A stretch of 64,000 nucleotides of DNA, filler included, from Reticulomyxa filosa (Eukaryota > Protista > Foraminifera): the NCBI GenBank assembly GCA_000512085.1. It is 14 parts of 14 records of this genome, joined end to end, with 100 filler letters (N's around TTAATTAATTAA, not from the genome) between each part and the next. Parts side by side here need not be neighbours in the genome. Positions count along the whole stretch, not along the records: positions 21,325 to 28,353 come from ASPP01023597.1; positions 28,454 to 30,791 come from ASPP01011162.1; positions 30,892 to 38,301 come from ASPP01009405.1; 11 more parts are not named here. One strand, 5' to 3'. Shown here in pieces: positions 24,458 through 38,401 of this stretch; positions within the stretch are counted from its first letter, which is position 1, and every line of letters begins with the position of its first letter. The notes under the pieces were generated by a model, which searched no databases, was not told where the DNA came from, and saw only the letters and a list, made by a program, of their open reading frames with translations. The position numbers and the translations under genes are program-made.

Positions 24458-25539
24458 ATGTGTTGGTTTTTTTTTTTGCACATTTTGTTAATGATAAATC
24501 AAAGACTAAGAAAAAGCTAGAACAGATTTAAGAATTATTCAATAACACAACACTCATTTTTCTTCTGTTTTATTATCCACATCAATTAAAATTTTAAAAG
24601 ATGAATATTGTTATCCGCTTGTGATAAGTCTCTTTAACCAAGTTCCAATCCTTGCTTTTGTTAAACTAACTTTTTAAAAAATAATATGTGAAAAAAATTA
24701 ATTAAAAATTTGTCGAATAAAATAAAAATCAATAATTAATAATTGAATGAAAAAAGTTGTTACTTTTAGAAATCATGTTGGATTTCGTACTGGCATATTG
24801 TGAGGTTAGATTAATTTGCGAGATGCCAAAAATAATAAAGAATTTACACCTGTGTCATTCATTCTATGGAGGTTAATTTGTTTTGACCAATATTTATGTT
24901 CTGATAAAAAAAATACTAAATGGAATAAATTCTAAAAAAGATATCTGTTGCATTTGTCGTTTTCTTGTTTAGATAAGATACTATAAACTTTGAGTTACTT
25001 ATAACCGCCTCTTATTTTCTAACAAAAAATAACAATTGCATAGAGCATACAACAATTTTTCGGCACTTATTTTCAAACAATCACATTACCAACATTGAAC
25101 CACTAACTTTCCCGACATTTAAATACATAGCAACAACAGCCGATGCAATTTTTTTTGAAAAACCCACACCAAAACGAGGAACAATAGTTGAACATTTGAA
25201 ATAACTTGAATATTTTTTTGGATTCGGTTTTGATTTGCATTTTACAACAAATTGAACAACCCAATTTCAGTCGCAGGTATGCAACATCTGAGCTTAGAAA
25301 TAAACCAAAAAAATTACAATTAAATTGGACGCATTTTCCCCGCGAAGGCATCCATTACAATTGTAAAAAAAGGCCCCTCAAAAAAAGAAACCCAACGTAA
25401 TTGAACACAAAAAAAAATGGGAGATAAAATAATAAACAAGTAAATCGAAGGGTAGCAGAATAGAAATAAGTTAAAAAAATGAACAGACAATAATAACTAC
25501 TTAAGTCTTTGGTATGAAAAACAAGAAAGACTTATGTCA

Positions 25540-28150
25540 TGACGGACATAGAAGCACGACGTTGACGTAATCTAGTTCTTGGTGTCGGTGGTCCACTGCC
25601 ATCTCTGTTGGTTCCAGTTTCTTCACTTCCACCGGTCTCCTCGTTCTGTGGATCTGAGTCCTTTTTTTCTTGTTGATCGTTCCATTCTAACTGCTCTTGT
25701 CTTAAATCATGCTATTGCAAGAGTGTTTTCATATCAATCCTTTGAAAAAGTGTTGATCAAACAAAAACAAAACAAAACAAAAAAAATTGTTTCAACACTA
25801 AACTCCTGTTAAAATGTATGACTTCCAACAACGATATTCAAAAAAGTCATTGCAAAAGAATCGATGACCATCAAAGATAAATCCTGTGCCTTTTTCAATT
25901 TGGTTGTTAATCTTAGATTCCATTTTGCTGAGGAAACGGCTTGTGCATTTGCCTTCATACAATGGTTTTTTGTTCATTTGTTCTTCGCCAATGTCATTAA
26001 AGATTTGGTAGGTTTGGCTTTCGTATGCTGCACAAAGGTATTTCAGTTGATACGTTTCTGAACCTTCCAAGCAAACGTAGATGTAATCTTTTTTGAAGTG
26101 TTCCTATATTATCATTTATTCGTTTGTTCATTTTTCTTTTCTCCTCTCAACCCTTTCAAAAAAAAGTATACGTAAAAAAAAAAAAAAAAAAAAAGGGAGA
26201 AAAAAAGGAAATTGAACACAAACTGAACTCGTGTAGATAAAGTTTTCTCCGCTTCTCCAATAAGCAAATCAAACGTGACTAAAGATTTCTGCAAAAGCTC
26301 AACGTCTTGGCGTAATTGTGTCTCCTTTGTTTTCATTTCCTCTCGCTTTCGACCGTACCAGTTTGCAATGGTTTCCTCTGTATTGACTTCATTACGAGCT
26401 TGCATGCATTCTTCAAAGCGTTTCAACACAAACGACATTCGATTTAAATACGACTCTTTATTCGTTCTTTTTTTTTTTTCATGTGTGTTTGTTCGTATAT
26501 CTGTCTTACAATACAGTGTTTGTGACGAAGCACAATAATTTCCGAGTAATGGAATGTAAAAACAAAAAACAAAAACAAAAAAAAAATTAACTTGGCTAGA
26601 CATTGATCGACAAACTGGCAAATGTCAGTTTTTTTGGATTTGATGTTGGTTAATATTGCTTTGTCGGTGTGACTGCTTTTGTCATTGAGCATTTCTCTCA
26701 AGGATTTGTATTCCTCATTTTTGGTTTCAATGTCTCGTTCGAACATTTTGCTAATGGTATAAAAGTCTTTGTAGCAATTGATGACCGACATCAGCTTTGT
26801 TGCTAGCGATATACTACTTTGCAATAATTTCATTACTTTTTGTTCTTCTACTTCCGATGTCTTCACACGACTCATCAATTCGTTCCATTCAGTTTCACAA
26901 GTACTCTTGCTTTTTTGGCCTTTTGTCATGTTTTATTTATTTATTTATTTGTTTATTTATTCATTTTTAACAAAATACAATTATGAAATATTTGTGACAT
27001 TATTATGTATATACTTTATGTAAAAATAACGTATCATTATCAAAACAAAAAAAATCAATACATAAAGTAAAGAGAAAAGTGATATGAAAAATGCAAAAAT
27101 AAAACAACGCAACAATCAACGGCACGTCGAATAGCGGCGAGCTTTGTGCGGACATCTTCGATGATTTGAACATATTTGGTCTTGCTTTGTTTGAGTCGCG
27201 TGACGTAGTCCATCAATACGCTGACTTGCATATCTTCCAAAAGCAACGATGTTACTTTGTTTTTCACTTGCTCCAGCTGATTGCCTCGATTGGTTATTAT
27301 CTCCTTCATCTGCTGCAACACCGCGGTATGTTTTGTTACGGCACTTTGTTCCGCGACCGGACTCTATTTGGTCAAGCATTCATTTTTGTCTTGCACAATT
27401 GAAGGAGGGAGGGAAACCATACATGTGATGCCAAAAGAGCAAACAAAAAAGAGGGGGAGGGGGGGGGGAGGGGAGAGGGATACGTACATATATATTTATA
27501 TTTATGTATAAGTATAATCCTTTGATTTTTTTTTTTCTTTCAAAAAAAGATGTTTGTGTTGACTTACAGTGACACGAAGTTCAGAGGTTGAGAGCGATTC
27601 AGTGGATTCTCTTTTTTGGAGCGTGGGAAGCTCTTTGAGGGGAGCAGGCGGTTCCTCAGGTTTGGGTGCGGGGTTATTTGGTAATTTCAGTGCATCCAAT
27701 CGATCATGGATATTTCGAAAGGCTTGCACAATTGCGACGTCACGTTTTGCTCGCTTTTGAATACCAAAAAAAAAAAAAAAAAATTTCTTAAAAAGGGAAA
27801 GGGGAGCGAGAAAAAAGTTCAAACATATTGGGATAGATAATATTAAAAAAAAAAAATACAAACAATTGTATATATAAAAAAATTTAACTCGATTGAATTC
27901 ATTTAAGTACATTTTGGCAGTTGGACCTTTCAAAGACGTGGGCAGAGTATTTTGCACTTTGACTTGTTGTGCATTCCAGTACTCGATGCCGAAACTGCGA
28001 TCACCGACGCGGTCAAACATGGTGGCAAATGCTTCGTCGTACACTTTGTTACACAAGTCTTGGTTGTAGATGTGACTGCGGACAATATTTTCTAGTCGCA
28101 TCTCATTAAATATTCCTGTCGGACGCAACGGATCGCCTAACAAATGCTTT
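25540..28150 (-). CDS. Hypothetical multi-exon coiled-coil protein (5' truncated)
   Basis: Series of same-strand E/K/Q-rich helical ORF pieces (27502-28143, 27116-27379, 26444-26929, 26112-26621) separated by A/T-tract introns; no family recognised. Confidence 0.5.
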
Positions 28151-28453
28151 GCATTTTTACAGGCGTTTCAATGTACACCACACATTTTATTTCGTACGTA
28201 AAATTTCATACACATTCAGTTTTTTTTTTTTTTTTTTTTTGCTAACTCAATATTGCATATATACAAAAACTTTATATATATGTAATAGAGTGATGCAGCA
28301 ATGTAACTTAAAAAAAAAAAAAAAAAAAAAAGGGGGGGGGGGGGGGGGAAAAANNNNNNNNNNNNNNNNNNNNNNNNNNNNNNNNNNNNNNNNNNNNTTA
28401 ATTAATTAANNNNNNNNNNNNNNNNNNNNNNNNNNNNNNNNNNNNNNNNNNNN

Positions 28454-29122
28454 AAATATGAGTATTAGTGTTGAGTCTGTTAAAGAGCAAGAGAAGCCTG
28501 ATGAAGATAAAGAATCAAAAATAGGCACTTGTCAAATCAAAAAACAAAAGAAAGCTAAAGGAAAGACAGAGAGTGGCAGAGGAGATAGAGAGAATAAGAC
28601 AGATACGAGAAAAGGAAGAAGAAGAGCAGAAAGAGAAGGACAGACAAAGAAAAGAAAAGTGGGCACAAAAGCGTGTGCATAGTATCGAGGAGTTGATAAA
28701 GACAGAACAGACATATGTGGACTCGCTGACATTGTGCATCGACTTGTTCGTGACTCCATTGGAACATATGCCCAAAGCTTTATCTCGCAATGATCATCGC
28801 GTGCTGTTCAGCGACATCAAAACCATTCGTGGCATCAATCAGGCCTTCTTGCAGGAACTCTTACATCAGTGGAAGTCCTTTCAAAATCATAACACAAAGA
28901 TTGGCGAACACTTTATCAAGTTCACTCCTTACTTTCGACAATATCAAAACTATTTGAACAACTACGGCAATGCTATGGACTTGCTCTTTCAAATCCTTCA
29001 TCACAATTATCATCCCTCTCCTCCTCACAATGATGGAATCATTATGGCTATTGCTTCTCCTTTGTCTCCTTCTCTCATTCCTTTGCCTTTTTCTACTAAC
29101 AATTCTAATGGTTACGTATATA

Positions 29123-29164
<42 letters not shown>

Positions 29165-29748
29165 CATATACATACATATATGTATATATGCATGTACAAA
29201 TAATAATAATAATAATAATAATAAAATATATGTATACGTATACGTATACGTATCAAAAAAAATATTTGCAGACTTAGAATTAAATGAGGAAACAATGAAA
29301 ACAATGGATTTCAAAACATTTTATGGATTGCAACGGAAAAAATGTGACAACAAGACATTGGAGTCACTGCTGATCTTGCCGATCCAACGCCTGCCGCGAT
29401 ATCGTATGCTATTGAGCGAGATAGTGTCGAACACGGAGAAGGACCATCCGGACTTGGAGCACTTGCAGACGGCGCTAAAGTTTGTGGAAGAGACGGCAAA
29501 TGTAACAAACGAGCGAATGAAAGATTACGACGCTCGACAGATTGTGCGTGAAATCCAGTTCCGCTTTGTCAATCCACCAAAGACGTCGCTGGTCATTCCT
29601 CATCGCATCTTCGTCAAAGAAGGCATTCTCACTAGAATCACACGCAAAGGAGAAGAGCTGCCTACCACTTTCATCTTGTTCAATGATCTGTTGTTGTATG
29701 CCAGTCCTTTGAATGTTGTTACCGTCGAAGACAATACCAATGATAATA

Positions 29749-29818
<70 letters not shown>

Positions 29819-30690
29819 TAATAATAATACAAGAAAATCATTAGTAACCACGTCCTTAGCCAATACCGATAATCGACTGCGACTGCTGAAGAAAATGTAT
29901 ATTGATGACGTCTTCCACGTGAAGCCCGACGACGCGTACCAGGATCGTCTAATCTACTTCTTTGGCAGAGACAAGTCCACGCTCGCCTATTGTCACTCGG
30001 TCGAAGACAGACAACAATGGCTGCAAGAGCTCAACAAAGCCATCAGCAGAAAGTCCTCCGTCGACAACAATCGCTGGGATCTGTCCGCACCTTTGTGGAT
30101 ACCCGATACCTGGAGTGACAAGTGTCAGGTCATCACGTGTCGAAGCAAGTTCACTTTTGTCAATCGAAAGCATCATTGCAGGTTCTTTCAATATACATAC
30201 ATATATATACATGTACATATATGTATATACATATATATATATATATATATATACAATACATATGCATATTATAATTTTTCTTTTGCAAAAAAAAAAAAAA
30301 AAAAAAAGGTACTGTGGAAAAATCATATGTGGGAAATGCGGGAAATATGCATTGATGCACAAATGGAGAAAGAATAAAATCGTAAAACCGGTTTGCATTG
30401 AGTGCCATTCTTTTTATGGCGATCGCTTTCGCGCGTCCTCCGCGCATGCCTCTGCCTTTCGAGAGGATGAAGATGCCGTGGATGATGACGATGAAGAAAG
30501 TGTCAGTGACGACGATCTCCTATCCTCTCATCCCGGTCATCATCGCTCGGATCATGCTTACAATGATCACCCGGACAGCAACAACGACAATAATGAGAAC
30601 ATCAAACTCGCCACTTCCGCGAACAATGAAATAGATGATGAGATTTTGGAAGTTGTATCTGATGTCGAAGTGGAAGATCATGTCGATTAA
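28454..30690 (+). CDS. FGD/frabin-like RhoGEF: DH-PH-FYVE with acidic tail (probably 5' truncated)
   Basis: DH: RVHSIEELIKTEQTYVDSL and LESLLILPIQRLPRYRMLL. PH: RIFVKEGIL, FILFNDLLLY, QWLQELNKAI. FYVE: WIPD..C....C..KFTFVNRKHHCR|YCGKIICGKC..PVCIEC. Confidence 0.9.
29740..29828 (+). repeat. (AAT)n microsatellite encoding poly-Asn within the PH domain
   Basis: More than 25 near-perfect AAT units, in frame. Confidence 0.9.
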
Positions 30691-30891
30691 TTTTTTATTT
30701 TTTTTTTTTGTGAAAAAATCAATACTTGTGTTTACATATGTGTGTGGATTGTGCGTGTGTGTGGCTTTATGTCCTCTATTTTTTTTTTTTTNNNNNNNNN
30801 NNNNNNNNNNNNNNNNNNNNNNNNNNNNNNNNNNNTTAATTAATTAANNNNNNNNNNNNNNNNNNNNNNNNNNNNNNNNNNNNNNNNNNNN

Positions 30892-31423
30892 CCCCCCCTC
30901 TCTCTCTCGAAAAAAAGTTTTTAAAGAATGCATTACGAACTAATCACTTATTCTCCAGCGCAGACGATGAACAAAGGGAACGGATGCTAACAAAATTAGT
31001 GCATTTGATGAAACCAGCAAAGGTAGAGCCTGGCGAAATATTGATAAAACAAGGCGAGGTCGGCGACGCCTTTTATTTGGTTGAAAAAGGGAAATTTGAA
31101 ATCTATGTGACGGAGGAAGACGGCCTTGAGATCCAAGTGGGCGAGGCAGGGCCACAAGACGGCGTCGGAGAATATGCACTCATGTATCACACTCCACGCA
31201 CTGCAACGCTGAAAGCAGTTGAACCCTCTGTTGTCTGGGGCTTGGAAGCCGCAGATTTCCATGACATTCGACAAAAAATGGCCCAATGGAATGTGGAGCG
31301 CTTCCTTCAAAGGGAAAAATTTTTGCGAAAGATACCACTTTTTTGTAAGCAATGTGTTTTGATTGCTATTTTCTATTCATATAATCGACATTGATATTTT
31401 TTAAACATGCGATATATATATAC

Positions 31424-31460
<37 letters not shown>

Positions 31461-33678
31461 AATATATGTGTATGTAATGTATTATTTTTGTTATTATTTC
31501 TCGATACAGCAAACTTGGAACAACATGAATTGCTGAATCTGACTCACGCATGCTGGACGCAAGTATATCAACATGAACAGGAAATATTGAAGCCGGACGT
31601 AGTGTGCAATGATGTGTTTATTGTGCAATCTGTTGAGAATATACATCCCATTGTTTTCATTTACAAAAAAAAAAAAAAAAAAGGGGCTCTTTTGTTGTTG
31701 AACATTCACTTGAACCTCTCTCCACTTCCCCCCCCCCCCCCCCCCCTTTCCTTTCTTTGAATGTTTTGCGATCTCAAGGGCTCCGTGATGGTGGAAAAAG
31801 AGGCCTTGAAAGGCACAGGACTGGAGCTGGACGTTGGCACGGCAGAGTATAACGTCGGCGAGGTGTTTGGACGGAAGTTGTATCAATCGGCGGAACAAGA
31901 GTCATTCATCGCGTCTGCTCGAGCAGAAGGCCCTGAAACGAAACTGCTGCGCATTGCAGCTGACGACTTTCGATTGATCATGGCGTCACAAGGGTCACAT
32001 ATTAACGGCAGCGAGGACATTATGAACGCAGAACTACCGTCCGAATTCAAAAACCCAGTGCCATTTCGGTTGGAAGATTTCCAAGTCATTGGCCTGGTTG
32101 GATATGGGTCCTTTGGTAAAGTCTCACTCGTGCGTGAACAGGCCACTAAGCAAATCTTTGCTTTGAAAGAGGTCTCCAAACGCAGAGTGATCAGCACTGG
32201 TCAAATTGAGCATATTATCAATGAAAAGCGAGTCATGAGTATTATTGATTCCCCTTTTTGTGTCAAATTGTTCCGTTTTATATTTTTGTTTATATAAACA
32301 TATATATATATATATATATATGTACATATATATTTTTTTTCTTTTGCGTGTACAGTGATGGCGGAAGAGATCAGACACAGAGAGAGAGAGGAAAGGGAGT
32401 AGGAGGGAGAGGGGAAAAAATTAATATGAAAACAAACAAAAAGGGCAATGGTTTGCTTGATTGATTGATTGATACATGACATTTACATTTGACAGGTATG
32501 GCACGTATAAAAATCAAACATCCGTATTTTTCTTACAGACAATGGTACTTGGTGGGGAATTGTACACAGTGCTGCGACATAATCACTCCTTTGACGAAAC
32601 AAACTCAAAGTTTTATGCTGCCTGTGTCGTCTTGGCCTTTGAGCATATTCACTCCAAAGATATTATCTACAGAGATTTGAAACCTGAAAATGTGTGTTTA
32701 TGGCTTTGAGAGATATTTATTTATTATTTATATACACATATATGTACATATGTATATGTATATATGTATATGTGTGACAATGTGAATAACCATATCAAAC
32801 AATTTGATGATATAGCTCCTTATTGATGCCAATGGATATTTGATGATAACTGATTTTGGATTCGCCAAAAAAAGAAACGTGTATGTCCTCACTTACTCTT
32901 ACTTTTTTTTTTTTTTTTTTTTTTTGTTGTCTGTGTGCCGTGTTGTATTACTGTGCTTATCTCTGGAAAAAAAAAAAAAACATTTGTATCAATGTAGTCC
33001 TTTTGTTTTGTTTTTTTCCTTCTTCTTGCTCTACGACTGATTGTGGATGTGGACAGCACCACCACTTTGTGTGGCACTCCACAATATTTAGCTCCAGAAT
33101 TAGTTCATGGTTGGGTGCAAGGGTTCGCCGTGGATTGGTGGACTTTGGGTATATTGCTGTACGAAATGGTAGTTGGAAATCCACCTTTTGAAGATGATGA
33201 ACACGTGAAAATGTATGAAAAAATCATTGCTCATAATCCCATCTTCCCCAAAACGTGCTCTGCAGAGTTTCGTGATTTAATCGAAAAGTTGCTGGAAAAA
33301 AATGGCTATCGCAGGCTGGGTGCTTCGCAAGGAGCACACGAAATTAAAAAACACTCCTTTTTTAAAGTTATATCGCATATTATTTGTTTTTTTTTTTAAT
33401 ATGTACACATATATTTTTTTTTTTAATTAAGAGTAGGTGATATAATAAAACACTCCAAATTTTTAGTTTTTTTTTTGCTTTTTTTGCTTCGAATAAATAT
33501 CTGTGTGTCCAAGAAATATGATTGGACAAAAATGGAAGCTCGAAGTCTTCACGCTCCGTTCATCCCGACCATAACCTCTGATACTGATTTGAGCAATTTT
33601 GAAAAAGTTACACCTCCCCCAGAAGACGATGAGCCAATTGACAATCCCTCTTTGCTTGACTGGGCTGATGAATTTTAA
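30892..33678 (+). CDS. Cyclic-nucleotide-dependent AGC kinase (PKG-like; at least two cNMP domains plus kinase; 5' truncated)
   Basis: cNMP domain IKQGEVGDAFYLVEKG...GEYALMYHTPRTAT; second, degenerate cNMP domain; kinase motifs GYGSFGKV, ALKEV, GGELY, YRDLKPEN, DFGFAK, TLCGTPQYLAPE, VDWWTLG; AGC tail APFIP..DLSNF..WADEF. Confidence 0.9.
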
Positions 33679-34000
33679 TGGCTTTTTATATTTCGCTTTT
33701 GCTTTTTTTTTCTTTTCTTCTGTTTTTTAACATTTGAATACAAAGGTAATATTCTGTAGTTCCAATTTAACCAAAAAAAAAAAGATTCATATTATTTTGT
33801 TGCCAAAAAAAAGATAGAATTTATACTATGGTGTGTATGTTATCATATGTTTTTCGGCATTTGCTCATATTTGTTTTGTGAATTTTGTTTTTTTTTTCAA
33901 ATGTTATGTTGAGTTTGGATAACAAACAACTATCTCCTTTGTGAGTGATTTAACTCTGCAATAAACAATATAAGACATGTGTAAAAGGAGAATATCTTCA

Positions 34001-36131
34001 ATGTCATCAATTAACCACTTTCACGACTCAACATTCGGAAAAAGAAATGTTTTTGTTTTATTGTCATTATTGAAATTTTTCTGGACAAGCCAAAACTCGG
34101 ACGTCCAAGGTTGGTTTTTTCAATTTTTTTCGCCCTGTATAGTTTCATCAAGGAAGCAGGTCAGGGATGGCATTCAACATTGACATTGAATTGGATTTGA
34201 CTAATGAGAAGGTCTGTCTTATTTCGAATTATTTCATTTTTGTGTAATAGTAAATTGTTTCAAAAACGACACCTTTTTTCCCCTTACCAAAAATCTACTG
34301 ATAGAGCTTCAGAATTTACTGTTCGACATTGACAGAAAACTGGAATGTGGAGAGATCACCTCGTGAATTTGAAACTTTTGCGTACAAAGTTAATGATTTC
34401 ATGTGCTTAGTATACGTATTTTTTTAACAAAAAAAAAAGTTTTTTTTAAAATTCTCCCTTTCCTTTGTTTAACAGCTGATCACAGATCAGAATGTGAAAT
34501 CAGCAACTCCATTGCCCCGTCAACCATCGAAAGATGACCCAGAAAAAGTAGAACTGTTTTTAAGTCGATTGGGATGTTTGCCAGCAGCCTTACGATATCC
34601 AACATTTCACGATTTTTTGGAAATTCCAGCAAAGATTCGTGCAGGGTTGAAATACGTAGCTGAAAAGCCTTTTGGCAAAGCAATGAAAAGCGGTTTGTTG
34701 CAAGTTCATCCACGATTTGTTGGCAAGCCACCAGTCACAAGGTTTTGTCTTGTCTTAATTGACTTTTTTATATAGATATATTTTTTTATATTCAAAAAAA
34801 ACTTCCCCTTTTTTTTTTAGCTTTCTGCAGGTCCCCCTTCCAACTTTTTGAACATAAAAAGAAAAAAGTGACCAAACCTGAGGGGGGGGGGCAATATGCA
34901 TAGACAAATTGAATTGTGTATGGCCAACCGAGCGGCGAACTTGTTGGTGTATGTTGATCCGCAAGATAAGGTGCCAGTGATAGTGTTGGGCTTGCTTTCG
35001 TCCAGTAGTTACAAAAAATTACCTGAATTAAAAAATACTTTTGCGATATTGTCTGGTAAACGACAATTGGTATTGCAAGCAGCGTCCTCGAAAGATCTTG
35101 AAAACTGGGTCAATGCTGTGAAAAAAGCACGTTAAGAAGAAGATTGTTTTAAAAAAAGAAAAATGAGACCTTTTCTATTGTACAAAAACTTGCATGTATG
35201 TGTTTGTGATGATATGGAATGAAAAGTGAAAAATGTTGGTGCTGAAGTCGAAGAAGAAGAAAAAGGCCCTTTACCAGACAAAATGCGTGACGATATAAGC
35301 ACAGGGTTAGGAAAAATTGGTTTGGGAAAACTCGGGCGCAGAGTGAGCAATACCACATCAAAGAAGGTGGATGTTGAAAAACTACAATCCGAAAACCGCG
35401 AGTTACGAAAAGAAATCGACAAATGCAAAGTGCAAATGACTGAATTAAGCGCTCAATTGGAACGCATGGAACGCGAAAAAGAAAAGGAAAGAAGTGGCGA
35501 GAAAGAATTGAGAGAACGAAAATGGAAAGAATTCCAAAAAGAAATGGAAGCGGTCGAGGATGAGCACACTCATGCAATGGAAGAACTGCGATTGTCCATT
35601 GAAGAGTTGCAATGTAAAATTGAAGAGAAAGGTCGTACGGAAGGTTTCTACAAAGTTGGTGTGCTATTTAGCGATGGTTATGACAAAGAGTTAAGAAAAG
35701 AAAAAAAATGTGTTCCACTTGTAATATCTTGTATCAGTATGTCAGCAAACTTTGTTTTGTATCGTTGATGGGCTCTTCTTAGGGAACAAACCGACGTGCA
35801 TGCAACAGAACAGCAAGTGGAAGTTGGAGATAACCAAGCCAATGCTGAACCAAAGTCTAGCGAACCGACAAAAAAACAAGAACAAAAGTTCAACGAAGAT
35901 GGGATATTGGAAGATTACCAAGAAGACACCCAACAGAGTGGTCCCTCTTACAAGGTTACATACAAAAACCAACACAAACACAATCATATTCACATTTTAA
36001 ATCACCGACATACGCATTATCACAATGATACCACGGAGAAAGAAGTTGTGTTTACACAAACCGAAACTTTGGCCCACACCGTTGTACATACGTCAACACA
36101 ATTCCAAATCAAACGCAATCTATTGACATAA
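34001..36131 (+). CDS. PX-like + PH + coiled-coil protein with His-rich C-terminus
   Basis: PX-like: WNVERSPREFETF..PLPRQP..VELFLSRL..FHDFLEIP. PH: KSGLLQV..RFCLV..LLVYVD..NTFAI..LVLQAASSKDLENWVNAV. Coiled coil ~35370-35630. Tail HKHNHIHILNHRHTHYH. Confidence 0.65.
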
Positions 36132-36937
36132 TCGGTGTTGCCTTTCAATAAATTTTTGTTTCGGAATGGAACTCATTGCGTTTTGCATTTTTTTTATTAT
36201 TATTTTGTGTGGTCTGACAATCTCTTTTTGAGCTTTCTTCACTAATATTTGTTTTGGTTTACAAAAAATTGATCATTTTGTTCTTTGTTATTTGTGGTGT
36301 GTTGGTTTTAATGTTTATTGCCGATCTGGTCATCCATACAAAATATTGTAATTTCAAAACTGCAATGAAAGTCACCTTTCCCTGTGGGCCTTGGTAGTAA
36401 TCTAAAAAAAACTAATAATGATTACAGAAAAATTTTTGTTATTCACAATTGTCAGATTTGTCAAAAAATCATACTTTCAACGTTTCAAAAATAAAAAAAT
36501 TTACAAGTCCAACATTAGTGGAGGGAACAACAGCAAACAAAAAACAACTGAAAAAAAGAGAAAAAAAGGAGAATAACGAGATGAAAGGAACCAAAAGAGC
36601 TCCTCGATTGCTCATTTTTTTTTTAAGGAGGGTTTTCAAAAAAGGGAGGTTTCTACAAAAGGAAAAAAAAGCAAATACAAAGAATGCACAAACAAAAATA
36701 ACCGCTTCAATTATCAACAAAATATCCGTAGATATTGATTTGTGATCACACAAGTATTGAACAACAAGCCCACTGAATAACCAAACCAATGAAATTTTCC
36801 TTTTTGTTGTCGTTTTATCTAATTTCTCTTTCCTCCTTTCGTTCCCTTTGAATTTTCCCTTTTACTCATCATTGATGATTATTCTATTGTATTTCTATTT
36901 TTTCTTATCCCTCCTCTCTTTCTATTCTTCACATTGT

Positions 36938-38240
36938 TTACACTTTGGCATTTTTTACTCGAACAACAGGCTTCCCAAAAAGAGCAACTTGTTCATCAAC
37001 AGGCAATGCTTTAACACCAACAATTTCGAGTTTCCTGGGTTTGATATGATCAAACCAACTATTATCTTCGCTGGAAACAATTCGATACAAATCAAGTTTT
37101 TCTTTTTCAAGTTCTTGAAACAATCGTTGTTTGATGGACAAGTAATGGTCTGTAGTAACAAATCGAGGATAAACATTAGAGGAGAGTAAGTGCCAAATTT
37201 CTGCCCAAGCACCATCAAAAATATGGTATAGCCGATACAAATGGTCACTGCTTTGATCAACTTTTTCTTCCTCTTGAGAAAGGTGCAAATTGGTTTGAAC
37301 CATTTGAGTGGTGGTATTTTTTTTGGGGTAGGAAGAATTTTTTGTGTGTCCCAGGGGGTTATTGCCTAAGGACAGGTTGGAAGTGCCTTTTGGCATCGGT
37401 AGGTTTTGTTGATGGAAAAAGAAGTGTAAATTGCTGCGACTCTTGCTGCTGATATTGATTTCCATTTCGGATCCTTCTACAATGAAGCGCTGATAAACAA
37501 GCACATTATATATACACATATATATATATATGTATATATAATGTGGTACATAACACGGTAAATATAAATATATACATATACATATATATAGTATACATAG
37601 TATATATGCATGTATATATGTATGTATGTATACGTGTGATCAACCCCTTTGAGTAAAATAATTCCTCTCTTAACGTCATAAACACTTTTGGCAATATCAT
37701 ATAAAGACGTTTTGACTCGTTTCCGCTTTGGTCCATTTTCTGCATCTTCCAGGTCGGCGTCCATGCGATGTGAGTGCAAATTCCTGGCGCTGTTGTAGTC
37801 TTCGACGCTGGTAATGTCGCTTTTCTTCGTGCCCGTGTGTAGATTGCGTGCGCTGTTCGTATTGGCAGAGGCTGCCTGTTCATTGCCTTCATCGCCAGAT
37901 CCGTGATGCATGCGAAAGGTGAGGACGGCCAAAGAATTATTCGGACTCCACACCAGTTCAGAACTCGCATCCTCCTCGGCTTCCGTGTTCGTCTCACTCC
38001 ACGCCAAATGAGTAAACCGGCGGTCCTCCCCCCCTTCGTACTCTGCTTTGTTCGATATTTCGCTCTCTTCGCGGTCGTTCCGTCCTCCCCCCTTTTGAAC
38101 TTCGTTGTTCGGTTCATACTCCGATCCACGATTCTTTATCGCTTTTTTTTCGGTCCTTTTTCTGTCTGCAGACTAATGCGACTGGCTAAATCCAAATGGG
38201 ATTTACTTTTTTTTTTTTTTTTTTTTTATTCGATAATTTA
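36938..38240 (-). CDS. RGS (regulator of G-protein signalling) domain protein, 3' portion
   Basis: LYDIAKSV|..RFIVEGSEMEINISSKSR and IFDGAWAEIWHLLSSNVYPRF match the C-terminal half of the RGS domain, with low-complexity inserts. Confidence 0.75.
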
Positions 38241-38260
38241 AATGTGCCATCATAAATCAC

Positions 38261-38301
<41 letters not shown>

Positions 38302-38401
38302 NNNNNNNNNNNNNNNNNNNNNNNNNNNNNNNNNNNNNNNNNNNNTTAATTAATTAANNNNNNNNNNNNNNNNNNNNNNNNNNNNNNNNNNNNNNNNNNN
38401 N

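Noticed and set aside
29110-29260. YIYIYI, poly-F and poly-K peptide ORF segments (also ~31410, 32290, 37510, 41070)
   Set aside because: Translations of intronic (TA)n and homopolymer tracts.
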